Under the pieces are notes generated by a model, which saw only the letters and a list, made by a program, of their open reading frames with translations, did not search any database and was not told the origin of the DNA. 64,000 nt of DNA from a virus. Of this stretch, positions 19,427 through 28,435 are shown one piece after another (positions within the stretch are counted from its first letter, which is position 1; each line of letters starts with the position of its first letter). Made by a program: the position numbers and the translations under genes. Where the stretch lies: the IMG/VR virus record IMGVR_UViG_3300042350_003685, positions 4,317 to 68,316 of that record; one strand, 5' to 3'.

Positions 19427-20028
19427 CTAGGTACCTTTTTGTTGGTTTCTTTCAGCTTGTTAAAGGTTGCAAGCTTGTCTTGAATGCGTTTTTGAACACG
19501 GCGATATTTATTGCCAAGATCACGTAGTTCTTTCCAATCTGCTTCTAGCTTTTCGTCGCTGTCTAGCAGTCCAAGCTGTGCTTCAATACGCTCAAGACTT
19601 TTCATCACACTTTTGCCATTGATTTCTAAATCTTGAGCATGTACCTGCATCACACCTTGATTGGGCCAATTGTAGCCTGTGCCGGTACCGGTGGTTGTCC
19701 AGGTATGATGGGCGCCGCTAATAGTAGTGTTAGAGTGCGAACCTGCGCCGCCCCCAACAACTGGGGTAGTATATACGATTCCAGATCCACCTCCACCACC
19801 TGATCCACCTGATCCACCTAACACTGTGTTTTGTGTGAGTTGACTGAAATCAATAGTGGTAATTTGACTTGTTGTCAGAGCAGGAATCTGCATGCTCTGC
19901 AGAGAGTTCCAATCGATTGAATCAGTGTGCCAAAGACTCGCAAATGTGTTTGCCTCAGGCTGTTTAGCAGGTTGGTAGTTGCTTAGGGCTGCTTTTAGTT
20001 CGGCTAGTTTTTCTTCTTCAGTGTCCAT
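19423..20028 (-). CDS. Hypothetical phage protein with Gly/Thr-rich middle and coiled-coil C-terminus
   Basis: ORF in a gene-dense run; start uncertain. Confidence 0.55.
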   Translation of the reverse strand: MDTEEEKLAELKAALSNYQPAKQPEANTFASLWHTDSIDWNSLQSMQIPALTTSQITTIDFSQLTQNTVLGGSGGSGGGGGSGIVYTTPVVGGGAGSHSNTTISGAHHTWTTTGTGTGYNWPNQGVMQVHAQDLEINGKSVMKSLERIEAQLGLLDSDEKLEADWKELRDLGNKYRRVQKRIQDKLATFNKLKETNKKVPS

Positions 20029-20177
20029 GTTCCATCCTTGTTGTCAATCCATTCAATGACGTCGCCTTCTTTCCAGCCCAGTTGTTCGCACATTTCTAGG
20101 CCAAGGTCAATCATTATCTCCCCAGGATTGTCGGGGTCTTCCACCAAGGTCCGAACAAATCTTTGTTCGCTATCCAT
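20004..20177 (-). CDS. AbrB/MazE-like small DNA-binding protein (57 aa, below ORF-track cutoff)
   Basis: Translates MDSEQRFVRTLVEDPDNPGEIMIDLGLEMCEQLGWKEGDVIEWIDNKDGTWTLKKKN; LGWKEGD..EW motif. Confidence 0.65.
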   Translation of the reverse strand: MDSEQRFVRTLVEDPDNPGEIMIDLGLEMCEQLGWKEGDVIEWIDNKDGTWTLKKKN

Positions 20178-20179
20178 GG

Positions 20180-20851
20180 TCATTCTCGGTCACCTGTGAG
20201 TTGCAACAGAGCTGCAAAAATATTGATATAGTTAATATAGAGACTTAGTGCACCAAACCATTGTAGTCTTTCAACACTGTCATGATCCGCTGCCCAGAAC
20301 TCATCACGAATACGATTCATGTCATAGGCAGTGAGTGCTAGAAAAATCACCACTGTGAGCACATTGATAACCAACTGCAAGGTGCTGCTGGCAAAAAAGA
20401 TATTGAGTAGGCCTGCCACAATTAATCCAATTACACCGGCCATGAGCCAGGGTCCAAGACCTTGTAATTCTCTGCGGGTAAAATATCCCCAACCTGCTAC
20501 CGCTGCAAAACTTATTGTGGTACAGGTCAAAGCCTGAGCAATACTCGCACTGGTGTAGGTGTGAAACAACAGACTCAAACTAACACCCATGGCAGCAGCA
20601 AATCCAAAGAACCAAGCGCGAAGCTGTGCAATATCCATGGTGTCCCCTCGCCAGGCCAGGTACAGACTCAAGACCAATGGCAAGAAAATCAACACATAGC
20701 CAAAGAAACCAGCAAACAGCACAGGAACCAATCCCAGTCCGGACAGTACCGCTGCACACAGCATTGTGGCCAAAATACCAGTGGTCATTCTAGCCAACAC
20801 TCCAGCTACTGCGGTGTTGAGATGTTCGGCACTGGAAACAAAAGTGTTCAT
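20180..20851 (-). CDS. Bax inhibitor-1/YccA family membrane protein
   Basis: About 7 TM helices; LTAYD..RI and GALSLYIN.INIF motifs; AGGAG RBS before ATG at 20851. Confidence 0.88.
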   Translation of the reverse strand: MNTFVSSAEHLNTAVAGVLARMTTGILATMLCAAVLSGLGLVPVLFAGFFGYVLIFLPLVLSLYLAWRGDTMDIAQLRAWFFGFAAAMGVSLSLLFHTYTSASIAQALTCTTISFAAVAGWGYFTRRELQGLGPWLMAGVIGLIVAGLLNIFFASSTLQLVINVLTVVIFLALTAYDMNRIRDEFWAADHDSVERLQWFGALSLYINYINIFAALLQLTGDRE

Positions 20852-20867
20852 AGATATCTCCTTGACG

Positions 20868-21995
20868 TTAAATTTCCCAGACGTGTGGTCCGGATTTGGC
20901 CACTGCAAAGTTCAAATAGGTTTCAATCTTGTCTAGATCTGCTCTTGATTTCAAACTCACAAGTTCGTTGGCAAAATGCAGTTCAACTCCTAGGTCCAAG
21001 GCCAAATTCAAGATTTCCAAACGACGTTGTACATCATCAGTCAAACAATACATGCTGCACAACACAATACCGTCTGGACGTTCTTTGATATACCATTCCA
21101 GCCCAGGTTGCCAGTCCATGTGTTCGTTTTCAAATTCATACGAAGTGTAGGCAATGCGATTTTTCACACAGTAGGGTTCGATCACTGCTCGTTGCATGGG
21201 CAAGGGTATGTGTTTGCTGAAAGCACTGTTCCAACCTGCATAGGTTATGAATCGAGCACCTGTGTAGTCTTGCACAGCAGCCACTTCGTAGTCACCAGGC
21301 AGGCGCATGAATCCACCGGGTAGTCTACGACCCCACTCTTCACCTTCTATGAGGATGCGCATGTCCATGCTCACACGAGTGTATCCTTCTAGATTGTTTT
21401 TGTTGCCATGCAGATGTTCTTGGAAGAACAAGTGACTCTGACCAGGACTTAGAGTCACTGGCCAGGCATACTTCAGGCACTCGTCCTCAAACCTGTCAAG
21501 ACTCCATTTTTCTGCCAACACTCTCTTGGTTATGTCTCTACTGATATCCAGATCCAACATCCACATGGTATTGGTGCCTCGTGCTTCGGTAAACGGCGTC
21601 CAGATAGTTCTGCAGCCGCGACCGTTGCCAACAAAAATACCCTGATGAAAAGCCAACCTGCGTCCCACGCTTTCTTGATTGGGAATTACCACACGCAGTG
21701 TGCCCTGGCGTTGAATCATATAACGTCGATTACCTATGCGCTGTGGCACGCATTCCGCTGCAAACGCATCAAATCTTTCCATGAAGTCTCTACGACTGCA
21801 GGAGTTCTGCACATGATTGCTCACACGCAGTATTTCTGCTGGATCAAGAACTTCATGCAGGGTTTCTAGTTCCTTGACCTGTGGTGCTACTTCTTGAATC
21901 ACACCTAGTGCCCAGGCAGGCCAGTTGTAGCGTTCAAGATCGTAGTTATAGATTTTGTTGTTCCAGTGTATCTGGGTATCAGAGAGCTGGGTCAT
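20868..21995 (-). CDS. Fusion of a StrG-like/2OG-Fe(II) oxygenase and a LIC12192-family 'sporadic carbohydrate cluster' domain
   Basis: N-part: FHQG...W.PFT.ARGTNTM...LHGN.NN..GYTRVSMD.R. C-part: Q...I..YC, DGIVL.S.Y.L and LHFANE. Confidence 0.6.
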   Translation of the reverse strand: MTQLSDTQIHWNNKIYNYDLERYNWPAWALGVIQEVAPQVKELETLHEVLDPAEILRVSNHVQNSCSRRDFMERFDAFAAECVPQRIGNRRYMIQRQGTLRVVIPNQESVGRRLAFHQGIFVGNGRGCRTIWTPFTEARGTNTMWMLDLDISRDITKRVLAEKWSLDRFEDECLKYAWPVTLSPGQSHLFFQEHLHGNKNNLEGYTRVSMDMRILIEGEEWGRRLPGGFMRLPGDYEVAAVQDYTGARFITYAGWNSAFSKHIPLPMQRAVIEPYCVKNRIAYTSYEFENEHMDWQPGLEWYIKERPDGIVLCSMYCLTDDVQRRLEILNLALDLGVELHFANELVSLKSRADLDKIETYLNFAVAKSGPHVWEI

Positions 21996-21996
21996 T

Positions 21997-22185
21997 TTAT
22001 TTTGCCAGGGCTTCTTTTTCAGCAGTGATTTCCTTGCGACGTTCTTTGATCGCTTTACTGAGTTCTTGCAAGGCCTTGCGTGCTCGTGCTGCTGAAGCCT
22101 TGATACCTTTCTGAGAAAACTTTTCGTTTTCAGAAATGTAGGTTTCAAATGCACGTTTAATGATATCGTGGTTTGTTTCTTCCAT
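21997..22185 (-). CDS. Histone H1-like (Hc1-type) small basic protein
   Basis: KF..KG.KASAARARKAL.EL.K..KERRKEI; AAGGAG RBS; promoter TTGACT-N18-TATAAT at 22211-22240. Confidence 0.7.
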   Translation of the reverse strand: MEETNHDIIKRAFETYISENEKFSQKGIKASAARARKALQELSKAIKERRKEITAEKEALAK

Positions 22186-22249
22186 GTGGATCTCCTTTGT
22201 AAGTTGTAAGATTATATACGCCTTGCTGCCAACAAGTCAACAATTATGG

Positions 22250-22483
22250 CTAGCAATAGATGTGACGACGATTCCAAACGTCCCATATTATGACTTCGTC
22301 CCAACCATTGTTCCAGGTAGTACAAAATCGGTCATATGTATATCTATCAAAGATCTTCATACGATTGCCTTCAACATGGAAAGCATTGTGCGAGGAAGAT
22401 CGTGCCCACTCGCGTAGCTTGCGTTCAGCACTGGCGTCGCGATAGATTATAAGATACAGAGCTTCAGTGGTATTGTAAGTCAA
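22250..22483 (-). CDS. Hypothetical protein
   Basis: ORF coupled to the upstream gene. Confidence 0.55.
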   Translation of the reverse strand: MTYNTTEALYLIIYRDASAERKLREWARSSSHNAFHVEGNRMKIFDRYTYDRFCTTWNNGWDEVIIWDVWNRRHIYC

Positions 22484-22710
22484 TGCAGTTGATTGGATGA
22501 CAAAGTGGGATTCATCAGTGTGTCTAGATTTTCCACGCTTTCGTCAAGTTCAAAAACGGTGTCGTCGTAGTTTGCTGCTGTGTCACTTGGAACACCAAAC
22601 AAGCGCATCAAGGCACCTGCTGAAACCTGTTTGACACCATTGTCATACAATACCAATAACACTTGATGCATAGCGGTTTTGATCCGTTGTTCAAGGATGT
22701 CTTCGATCAT
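22480..22710 (-). CDS. Hypothetical protein behind a late-type promoter
   Basis: ATAAATA 5 nt before the ATG. Confidence 0.6.
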   Translation of the reverse strand: MIEDILEQRIKTAMHQVLLVLYDNGVKQVSAGALMRLFGVPSDTAANYDDTVFELDESVENLDTLMNPTLSSNQLH

Positions 22711-22722
22711 AGTAATATTTAT

Positions 22723-23280
22723 TTAGATTCTACGTATCAACAGCCAATTTTCGGTATGCCAAGGTGTTTGGTTGTTGAGGAACTGTGCCCAGGGCTCGTG
22801 ATCATACATGGTAAGATCTTGAACCTGACAATCTTGATCTAGTGCATAGGCCACCATGGGATAGCCTAATAGTCTGTCATGACTGGTGATCATGATACCA
22901 CCAGGCTGCAAACATCTTACGCCCCATTTTGCTGCATGCCAACGAGCATCACGACCAGCTTGTGTGTAGGTGCGACCAATGTCATTTTCAATATAGGTAG
23001 CTGGTATCTCGGTAACAAGCTGTAGGGCATCAATGCACCACACATTGGGCAGTTGCGTTCGATTAACTAGGTCAATACCCATCACACGATCTTGGCCCCA
23101 GTGTTGATTCATGGCCTCAAGAGTATAGCCCCATCCCACACCTAGCTGTATCTTGATACCATGATCTGGTACCAACTCACGGGCTAGATTTTCAAAAAAC
23201 ACAAAGCTTTTGTACTGGTGGGGAGGATCGTGATCTTGGTATGTGTCCACGTACTGTTGTTCAGTTGGATCACCTAACAT
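22723..23280 (-). CDS. Putative class I SAM-dependent methyltransferase-fold protein
   Basis: IQLGVGWG, GIDL and LQPGGIMI motifs; CTAAGTA 5 nt before the ATG. Confidence 0.5.
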   Translation of the reverse strand: MLGDPTEQQYVDTYQDHDPPHQYKSFVFFENLARELVPDHGIKIQLGVGWGYTLEAMNQHWGQDRVMGIDLVNRTQLPNVWCIDALQLVTEIPATYIENDIGRTYTQAGRDARWHAAKWGVRCLQPGGIMITSHDRLLGYPMVAYALDQDCQVQDLTMYDHEPWAQFLNNQTPWHTENWLLIRRI

Positions 23281-23313
23281 AAAATTACTTAGTCGCAGAT
23301 TTTACAGTCAAAT

Positions 23314-23333
23314 AAAAAGGCCCTTGCGGGCCT
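23314..23333 (-). terminator. Rho-independent terminator
   Basis: AGGCCC-GCAA-GGGCCT followed by TTTT. Confidence 0.8.
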
Positions 23334-23352
23334 GTGCAAACAGCACAATGAC

Positions 23353-23694
23353 TTAGGCCATTTCTTTTTGTTTGCTTGTGGCAGCGGTCTTGGCCTTGCC
23401 ACCGGTTTTAAGAGTAACGCTGACTTCGTCCTTGCGGCTAACGCGACTCTTTTCAGCGATTTTGTTGGCTACAACATAGCCAGCATCGCCTTCGGTGATA
23501 CCAATTTGCTGCAAATATTGCAGTGCTTCTAGCTTGGTCATGGGACGCGGCAGTTCCACCAAGTTTACATTGGTGCAGCCTGCTTTGTTTAGGATTTTGA
23601 TACGAGCCACCAAGTCATTGGCAAAGCGTGCCTTGACAGTGCCATCAGGATTGGTTGCGGTACCAGCTACAGTGAACATTTTTTCAGTTGCCAT
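23353..23694 (-). CDS. Conserved phage hypothetical protein (early)
   Basis: AAAGG RBS; promoter TTGACC-N17-TACAAT at 23760-23788; terminator downstream. Confidence 0.75.
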   Translation of the reverse strand: MATEKMFTVAGTATNPDGTVKARFANDLVARIKILNKAGCTNVNLVELPRPMTKLEALQYLQQIGITEGDAGYVVANKIAEKSRVSRKDEVSVTLKTGGKAKTAATSKQKEMA

Positions 23695-23777
23695 GATGTT
23701 GCCTTTCTATTAAGCCATAAAGTTGTTTAAAGTGCATGCCAATTTCTCAGCATACCCATATTGTAGCAAAAAGAGAT

Positions 23778-24080
23778 TTAATGGTCAACCTTTTTTTGCT
23801 GTTTGGATCCGGTGGATTTTACCAGTTTTTTCTGGGCTCCAGCCAGTTCCAAATCCTGCACCCGTTTGCGTAGTTCGCGGTTTTGCTGGCTCATATGCTC
23901 AAAATTACGCCAACAACGCTCGAACCGCAGATCATAGATCTTTTGATAAGCTCTAAGTGCTTCTATAGCAGTATCAACGTCTATATGGGCATTTTCCACA
24001 TCGTCCAGGGTTTCACCAATGTCATTGGTCACAGACCAACAACGAATGATTTCCTGTTCTAGATCAAAACTGTCACTCAT
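23778..24080 (-). CDS. Hypothetical protein (FDLEQ.I..CW...D motif)
   Basis: ORF with ATGA coupling. Confidence 0.65.
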   Translation of the reverse strand: MSDSFDLEQEIIRCWSVTNDIGETLDDVENAHIDVDTAIEALRAYQKIYDLRFERCWRNFEHMSQQNRELRKRVQDLELAGAQKKLVKSTGSKQQKKVDH

Positions 24081-24215
24081 TGAGCAAGTTCCTTGCTCTC
24101 TGTTTTGATTTTGTTTACACCGTGATCTAGAATTCGAGCCACGCCTGTGAATCCCACTGTGGCCACTACCAGACCAAAAACAAATCCTATCACAAGATTT
24201 TTCATACCAATCTCC

Positions 24216-24587
24216 TTACCAGCTTGAGTTATAAAATACTCGCAGTCCCATGAACAGTTCGGTTCGAGCCTTGCGCACAAATTCTAGGTCCTGCTCACGG
24301 TAATAATCATCTGCATCCGAGCCAAAAAAGAATCCTGAAGTTGGTGGCAATTGATTGTTTTTGATGTCGTGCTCCAACTGATCAAGATCTTCCCAGGTCA
24401 GCTCTAGTTCAATGCCATTGAATGCAGGATCCTGAGCAGGATCAGTGTTTTTGCTGCGCCACAGTTCTTCCATCCAACCGTGCAGATTGGGATGCTTGCG
24501 CCAGTAGGCAATTTCACGAGATGCATGATCATCGGTCCAATGCTGTGATGGCTTTGAAGCCACATACGCATACATGTCCAGTCCCAT
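24216..24587 (-). CDS. Conserved phage protein (MGLDMY...YWRKHPNLHGWM...FYNSSW)
   Basis: Recognisable phage family motif. Confidence 0.75.
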   Translation of the reverse strand: MGLDMYAYVASKPSQHWTDDHASREIAYWRKHPNLHGWMEELWRSKNTDPAQDPAFNGIELELTWEDLDQLEHDIKNNQLPPTSGFFFGSDADDYYREQDLEFVRKARTELFMGLRVFYNSSW

Positions 24588-24794
24588 TTACTTGTCCTTT
24601 TTCACACTGGGTTTGGGAAATTTACTACACCATATACACCTAGTAGAACTTACACCATAAAAATACAAACCTGTGTCAAAGTAAGTTCTAGCACAACCTT
24701 GACAGTCAAACTTTTGCATGGGAGGTCCATATGGACCATCAACGGCCTGCTGTTGTTTGGTACCAAGATCACCAGTGATAGGTCTAGCGTTCAT
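24588..24794 (-). CDS. Small zinc-binding protein (two CxxC motifs)
   Basis: CQGC and CIWC. Confidence 0.55.
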   Translation of the reverse strand: MNARPITGDLGTKQQQAVDGPYGPPMQKFDCQGCARTYFDTGLYFYGVSSTRCIWCSKFPKPSVKKDK

Positions 24795-25135
24795 GATGTT
24801 ATTTTCACCTGATCTGGGTTCATTGGGTTACCATAAAATCTATGTCCTATGCGTCGTATGGTCTCGGCCATGTGCTGCGGTGAAGCATCAAAGGCCTCCC
24901 GAATGTCATCTACTGTTATGCCCTGTTGCACTGTGATCACATAGATTTCATAATGGCGTTGCGGATTGTACTGTGCTCGTAATTTCCAATGCAGTAGATT
25001 AGGTGGCACGGGTAGGTTTTTTGACTCCTCGCCCCGGAGAACTGCCCAGGTGCGTTTTTTATCAATGTCGCTGATGTTCACCGCCGACTCTAGTCCGTAG
25101 CAGTCCCACATCAATGCAATTGTATCTGTGCTCAT
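24791..25135 (-). CDS. Hypothetical phage protein
   Basis: WDCYGLE...LRA.YNPQRHYEIY; coupled ORF. Confidence 0.65.
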   Translation of the reverse strand: MSTDTIALMWDCYGLESAVNISDIDKKRTWAVLRGEESKNLPVPPNLLHWKLRAQYNPQRHYEIYVITVQQGITVDDIREAFDASPQHMAETIRRIGHRFYGNPMNPDQVKITS

Positions 25136-25803
25136 TTTCTATTGGTAAAAATTGAAACACCTAATTTAGGCAAAGGACCCGAGCTAGCAGCATGCAGTTG
25201 TTCTCTTGGAAACACAATCACATCACCCGGTATCCAAGGCACATAGCAGTCAAACTCTAGGCCTTCTAAATCATCATAATCAACATGCTGCAAGTATCTA
25301 TTATAGACATTCTGATTAAAAGGTCGACCAGAATAACCCTGAACCTGTTGGTAATCTGAAACCACTTGATTTCTTAGTTCACCATTGGGCTGGTAAAGAT
25401 CCTGTGTGGGCTGAGTTTTTTTGGTAAACTTGCTGCATCTAGCAGTCCAAAAGTTTTGGAAAAACACAGTTCCAATGTCTCCCTCAACTGCCAATGGAAT
25501 GATCACTCCTTGATAGATGCGTTGATGTTGTTCACCTAGACCGCTGTCAACATGCACACCGAACCTGCTGGTAAGGTTGTGGAAAAACTGCACCATTTCA
25601 ACTTCATATGCATCAGAATGCACATAGCGTATCACTGGTTCCAAGAGATGTCGTGGCCAATTCTCCTGGTTCCATTTTGGTGCTTTGCTCACACAGTCGG
25701 GTCTACTATCAGTGAGTTGGTCCGGTTCTTCGAACCATGCCTGGAGACCAGTTCTCACTGACTCGGGCACAAGATTCTTGTAAACAGTCACTGGTGGTAT
25801 CAC
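25132..25803 (-). CDS. 2OG-Fe(II) oxygenase-like protein
   Basis: HVD facial-triad motif; W.PGDVIVF.R..LH. Confidence 0.6.
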   Translation of the reverse strand: MIPPVTVYKNLVPESVRTGLQAWFEEPDQLTDSRPDCVSKAPKWNQENWPRHLLEPVIRYVHSDAYEVEMVQFFHNLTSRFGVHVDSGLGEQHQRIYQGVIIPLAVEGDIGTVFFQNFWTARCSKFTKKTQPTQDLYQPNGELRNQVVSDYQQVQGYSGRPFNQNVYNRYLQHVDYDDLEGLEFDCYVPWIPGDVIVFPREQLHAASSGPLPKLGVSIFTNRK

Positions 25804-26081
25804 TCTTGAATTCCAAAATGGTCTTTGATATTATCAATACAATCGTCGGCACCTACTAGGTCAACTTGATCGCATAAGAACAAACATTGCTTTACAGTTT
25901 CCTTGATGCCATCCGATTGTCCGGCGATATAACCTGAACTGAAATGCTGGGCTTCGATGTCTTTCTCTAGCAGCTGAGCGAACCGTTCAAGACTGTTCCT
26001 GTAGATATGACCATTGTATGCTGAACTGTCTGGTAACTCAATACCAGCCTGTTCGGCAAGTTGTTTAATTCGTTCGTTCAT
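25800..26081 (-). CDS. 'MNERIKQLAEQA' family phage protein
   Basis: N-terminal motif and ...FA.L...C...C...IK.HFG; adjacent paralogue. Confidence 0.7.
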   Translation of the reverse strand: MNERIKQLAEQAGIELPDSSAYNGHIYRNSLERFAQLLEKDIEAQHFSSGYIAGQSDGIKETVKQCLFLCDQVDLVGADDCIDNIKDHFGIQE

Positions 26082-26314
26082 TCCTCAAACTCCAGATCAA
26101 ACTCAGTAAACACAACTTCCTGCGCAAAGGCCAGGGCACCTTCCCAACCAGCGTCAAATAAATCTCGTTCAGGAGTCTTTTGATATTCTTTATCAATCAC
26201 ATCCACACAACGGCGTATAATTAGTTCGGCAAATCGATATCTATCCAGAACCGGCACGCCTAGGATGTCATCTGTGGCCTGACTAGCAAGTTCGTCTACT
26301 AGCAATTTGTTCAT
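26078..26314 (-). CDS. 'MNERI' family paralogue
   Basis: ELASQA...RFAELIIRRC. Confidence 0.65.
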   Translation of the reverse strand: MNKLLVDELASQATDDILGVPVLDRYRFAELIIRRCVDVIDKEYQKTPERDLFDAGWEGALAFAQEVVFTEFDLEFEE

Positions 26315-26316
26315 GG

Positions 26317-26565
26317 TTATCCTGTGAGTTTGGCCACGATAGCAGTGGCCTCAAGTTGATGTGTTTGGCTGCGCAGCATGTCAAGTTCAGTCTCAAACTG
26401 TTCTGCGGGCAAGCTCATTAATAGTCGCTGCACTGTACTAACCATCCAGCCTGCTTCGTAAGCATAGCCACTGTTACTCTGTCTGCAGGCTCGGCTGAAT
26501 TCACGCAGCACCTGGCCTGCTTCTTCCCACTGATCAAGTTTATTATCTACTGGCATTTTCTTCAT
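26317..26565 (-). CDS. Hypothetical early protein
   Basis: ORF in the early gene run. Confidence 0.6.
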   Translation of the reverse strand: MKKMPVDNKLDQWEEAGQVLREFSRACRQSNSGYAYEAGWMVSTVQRLLMSLPAEQFETELDMLRSQTHQLEATAIVAKLTG

Positions 26566-26743
26566 TTACCTTTACACATTGAAAGTTCCATAAGCCATGA
26601 TTGTCAATTCGTTGCACTCTAAGACGTTCTAGTTCACAGTCTGCGGCAGTGAGATGATAGGCCCGAATGTCGCCATTGGGAAGATTCATGGCCTGACCAG
26701 ATGCTGTGACCCAGGCTACTAGCACATAAACGATTCCGTTCAT
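26543..26743 (-). CDS. Small exported two-Cys protein
   Basis: Hydrophobic N-terminus; T..DC....QC. Confidence 0.5.
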   Translation of the reverse strand: MNGIVYVLVAWVTASGQAMNLPNGDIRAYHLTAADCELERLRVQRIDNHGLWNFQCVKVNEENASR

Positions 26744-26916
26744 TATTCCATACCTGGCAGTTGTGATACTGCTTGATCAAACATAGCATGATTAAGTTGT
26801 TGTTCTAGCACATTGGCTCTAGGATTGTAGTCTTCTGCGAGAATAAAAGCCAGACGTTCAATACTGGAGTTACTAAGCAGTGCGATTTCGTTGGCTAGAA
26901 TTTCCAAGCGATCCAT
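26743..26916 (-). CDS. Small hypothetical protein (57 aa)
   Basis: MDRLEILANEIALLSNSS...; TAATG coupling on both sides. Confidence 0.55.
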   Translation of the reverse strand: MDRLEILANEIALLSNSSIERLAFILAEDYNPRANVLEQQLNHAMFDQAVSQLPGME

Positions 26917-27080
26917 TAGTTATACCCCACTTCGTAGTTTTCGGGTTCCAGCATGTCAGCTTCAAGCACCGCGTCATGATAGTTAGTGGCGCCTAGCAAA
27001 ATACTCTGTCCTTGATAAAAGTTGGCCATGTATGAGCCCGACACCGGATCGTACTCTACACTGATAAGAAAGTTTTCCAT
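26916..27080 (-). CDS. Small hypothetical protein (54 aa)
   Basis: MENFLISVEYDPVSG...; GGAG RBS; TAATG coupling. Confidence 0.6.
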   Translation of the reverse strand: MENFLISVEYDPVSGSYMANFYQGQSILLGATNYHDAVLEADMLEPENYEVGYN

Positions 27081-27292
27081 TATGCTCTCCCGTAGTAATC
27101 TGCGTCCTGGTCAGCTGATTGTTCAGCATATTCTTTTGGCACTGCCATGTCTAGTACAGCCTGCACTTCTGCGGTACTGATCTGCAGGTTCATGGCAATG
27201 TAGTCAGCGGTTTCATCTGAGAATCCCCAAGGATCGCCAATCTGCTCTGCCATGCGCATGATGTCTATTGCTAGGTTTTTCATTTTGCCCAT
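27080..27292 (-). CDS. Small hypothetical protein (MGKMKNLAIDI...)
   Basis: True start probably the ATG at 27292, just after the upstream stop. Confidence 0.6.
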   Translation of the reverse strand: MGKMKNLAIDIMRMAEQIGDPWGFSDETADYIAMNLQISTAEVQAVLDMAVPKEYAEQSADQDADYYGRA

Positions 27293-27293
27293 A

Positions 27294-27548
27294 TCAATCC
27301 CACCTTTTCTTGTCACCAAATTGGTCATTGTGCTCATAACCTGCCAAATATTCTGCACGTTCTTCGGCAGTAAGGTCTTCGATTTTTTCGCCGTTGCCGG
27401 TACCTTGCGGCCACCAATGCGGACCACGCGGACGACCGTAATAACTGTCTGCCGAGCCACGATCCCACAAGCTACCATGACGGCCACGATCAAACTGCGG
27501 CCCTTTTAACAAACGCATCAGTTGCTCTTGACTAACACTTTCTTGCAT
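27294..27548 (-). CDS. Conserved early phage protein (RHG..WDRGSADSYYGR)
   Basis: AAGGAG RBS; own early promoter. Confidence 0.75.
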   Translation of the reverse strand: MQESVSQEQLMRLLKGPQFDRGRHGSLWDRGSADSYYGRPRGPHWWPQGTGNGEKIEDLTAEERAEYLAGYEHNDQFGDKKRWD

Positions 27549-27552
27549 TGTT

Positions 27553-27606
27553 TGCTCCTTGTTTTTACTGTACCAATATTATAGCAAATGGGTATTTTTT
27601 GGTCAA
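27553..27606 (-). promoter_or_regulatory. Early promoter + RBS cassette
   Basis: TTGACC-aaaaaatacccatttgc-TATAAT-attggtacagt...AAGGAG. Confidence 0.9.
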
Positions 27607-27767
27607 GCGTGATTGTAGCGGCCTGTGAATTTTGCAACAGCACTGTCGCTTTTACCTAAATGCCTACTACCCGGAATTTTATGCTTTGGTGCTTTGTTGG
27701 GTTTGCAGATTGTAACTTTAACATTATCGGTAGTTACAAATTGTGCAACAATCATTCGATTACGCAT
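27603..27767 (-). CDS. Small basic early protein (54 aa)
   Basis: MRNRMIVAQFVTTDNVKVTICKP...; AAGGAG RBS; stop lies inside the next -35 box. Confidence 0.7.
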   Translation of the reverse strand: MRNRMIVAQFVTTDNVKVTICKPNKAPKHKIPGSRHLGKSDSAVAKFTGRYNHA

Positions 27768-27774
27768 TTTGCTA

Positions 27775-27827
27775 CTCCTTGATAGTTACTGTACCAATAG
27801 TATAACAAATGGGTATTTTTTGGTCAA
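27775..27827 (-). promoter_or_regulatory. Early promoter + RBS cassette, near-identical to 27553-27606
   Basis: TTGACC-aaaaaatacccatttgt-TATACT-attggtacagt...AAGGAG. Confidence 0.9.
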
Positions 27828-28024
27828 CCGCGGACCAAGTCAAAGATACTGTTCTGTAGATCTGCTACTTCGTCCGCAGGTACGTAGAAGTCAGTCCTAG
27901 GATCCCAGTACTCTCCGGCTCTTGGATCATAGTACAGTACTCTGCCACTGGGATAATGAAATGGACCTTCCAAGCCCTGGCGTGGGCCATGCTCCTGGCC
28001 ATGTTTGAACACACGATAGCTCAT
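27824..28024 (-). CDS. Conserved phage protein (GLEGPF...GRVLYYDP..G.YWDP.TDFY)
   Basis: Motif; true start probably MSYRVFK at 28024. Confidence 0.7.
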   Translation of the reverse strand: MSYRVFKHGQEHGPRQGLEGPFHYPSGRVLYYDPRAGEYWDPRTDFYVPADEVADLQNSIFDLVRG

Positions 28025-28025
28025 G

Positions 28026-28196
28026 TTAGGCCTCGGTTGTGTTGATGTTGCAGGCAGCAAAGAATCGCTGCTCGTTGAATTTGGGGTTGGCTGCTTTGCA
28101 GGCCGATGCCACTGCCACAGCAGCATTCAAACGGCAGTGTGGATCAAGCATGGTTGAAATATAGTGGGCGAGCAGTTCAAAGTGTTTCTTAGACAT
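28026..28196 (-). CDS. Small early protein (MSKKHFELLA...NPKFNEQRFFAAC)
   Basis: AAGGAG RBS; promoter TTGACC-N17-TATAAT at 28228-28256. Confidence 0.75.
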   Translation of the reverse strand: MSKKHFELLAHYISTMLDPHCRLNAAVAVASACKAANPKFNEQRFFAACNINTTEA

Positions 28197-28245
28197 ACTG
28201 TGGCTCCTTGTTGTTTACTGTACTGCTATTATATAGAAACGGAAA

Positions 28246-28404
28246 TTATTGGTCAACCTGCACTAGGTAAGTGCTGACTAACCCACGATTTCTGTGCTTG
28301 GAATGCCGCTGATACTGTGTAGCATCACGGTGACGAACCGCGCGATTGTGATCGTTTTTAGCGACCAAATTGCGGGGTTTTGGTAGTGTGATTTTTGTTT
28401 TCAT
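28246..28404 (-). CDS. Small highly basic leaderless protein (KPRNLVAK...H.D..QY.RHSKH)
   Basis: Promoter TTGACC-N17-TATAAT at 28411-28439 ends 6 nt before the ATG. Confidence 0.65.
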   Translation of the reverse strand: MKTKITLPKPRNLVAKNDHNRAVRHRDATQYQRHSKHRNRGLVSTYLVQVDQ

Positions 28405-28435
28405 ACCGTAATTATACGGTCTGGGGATTATTTGG

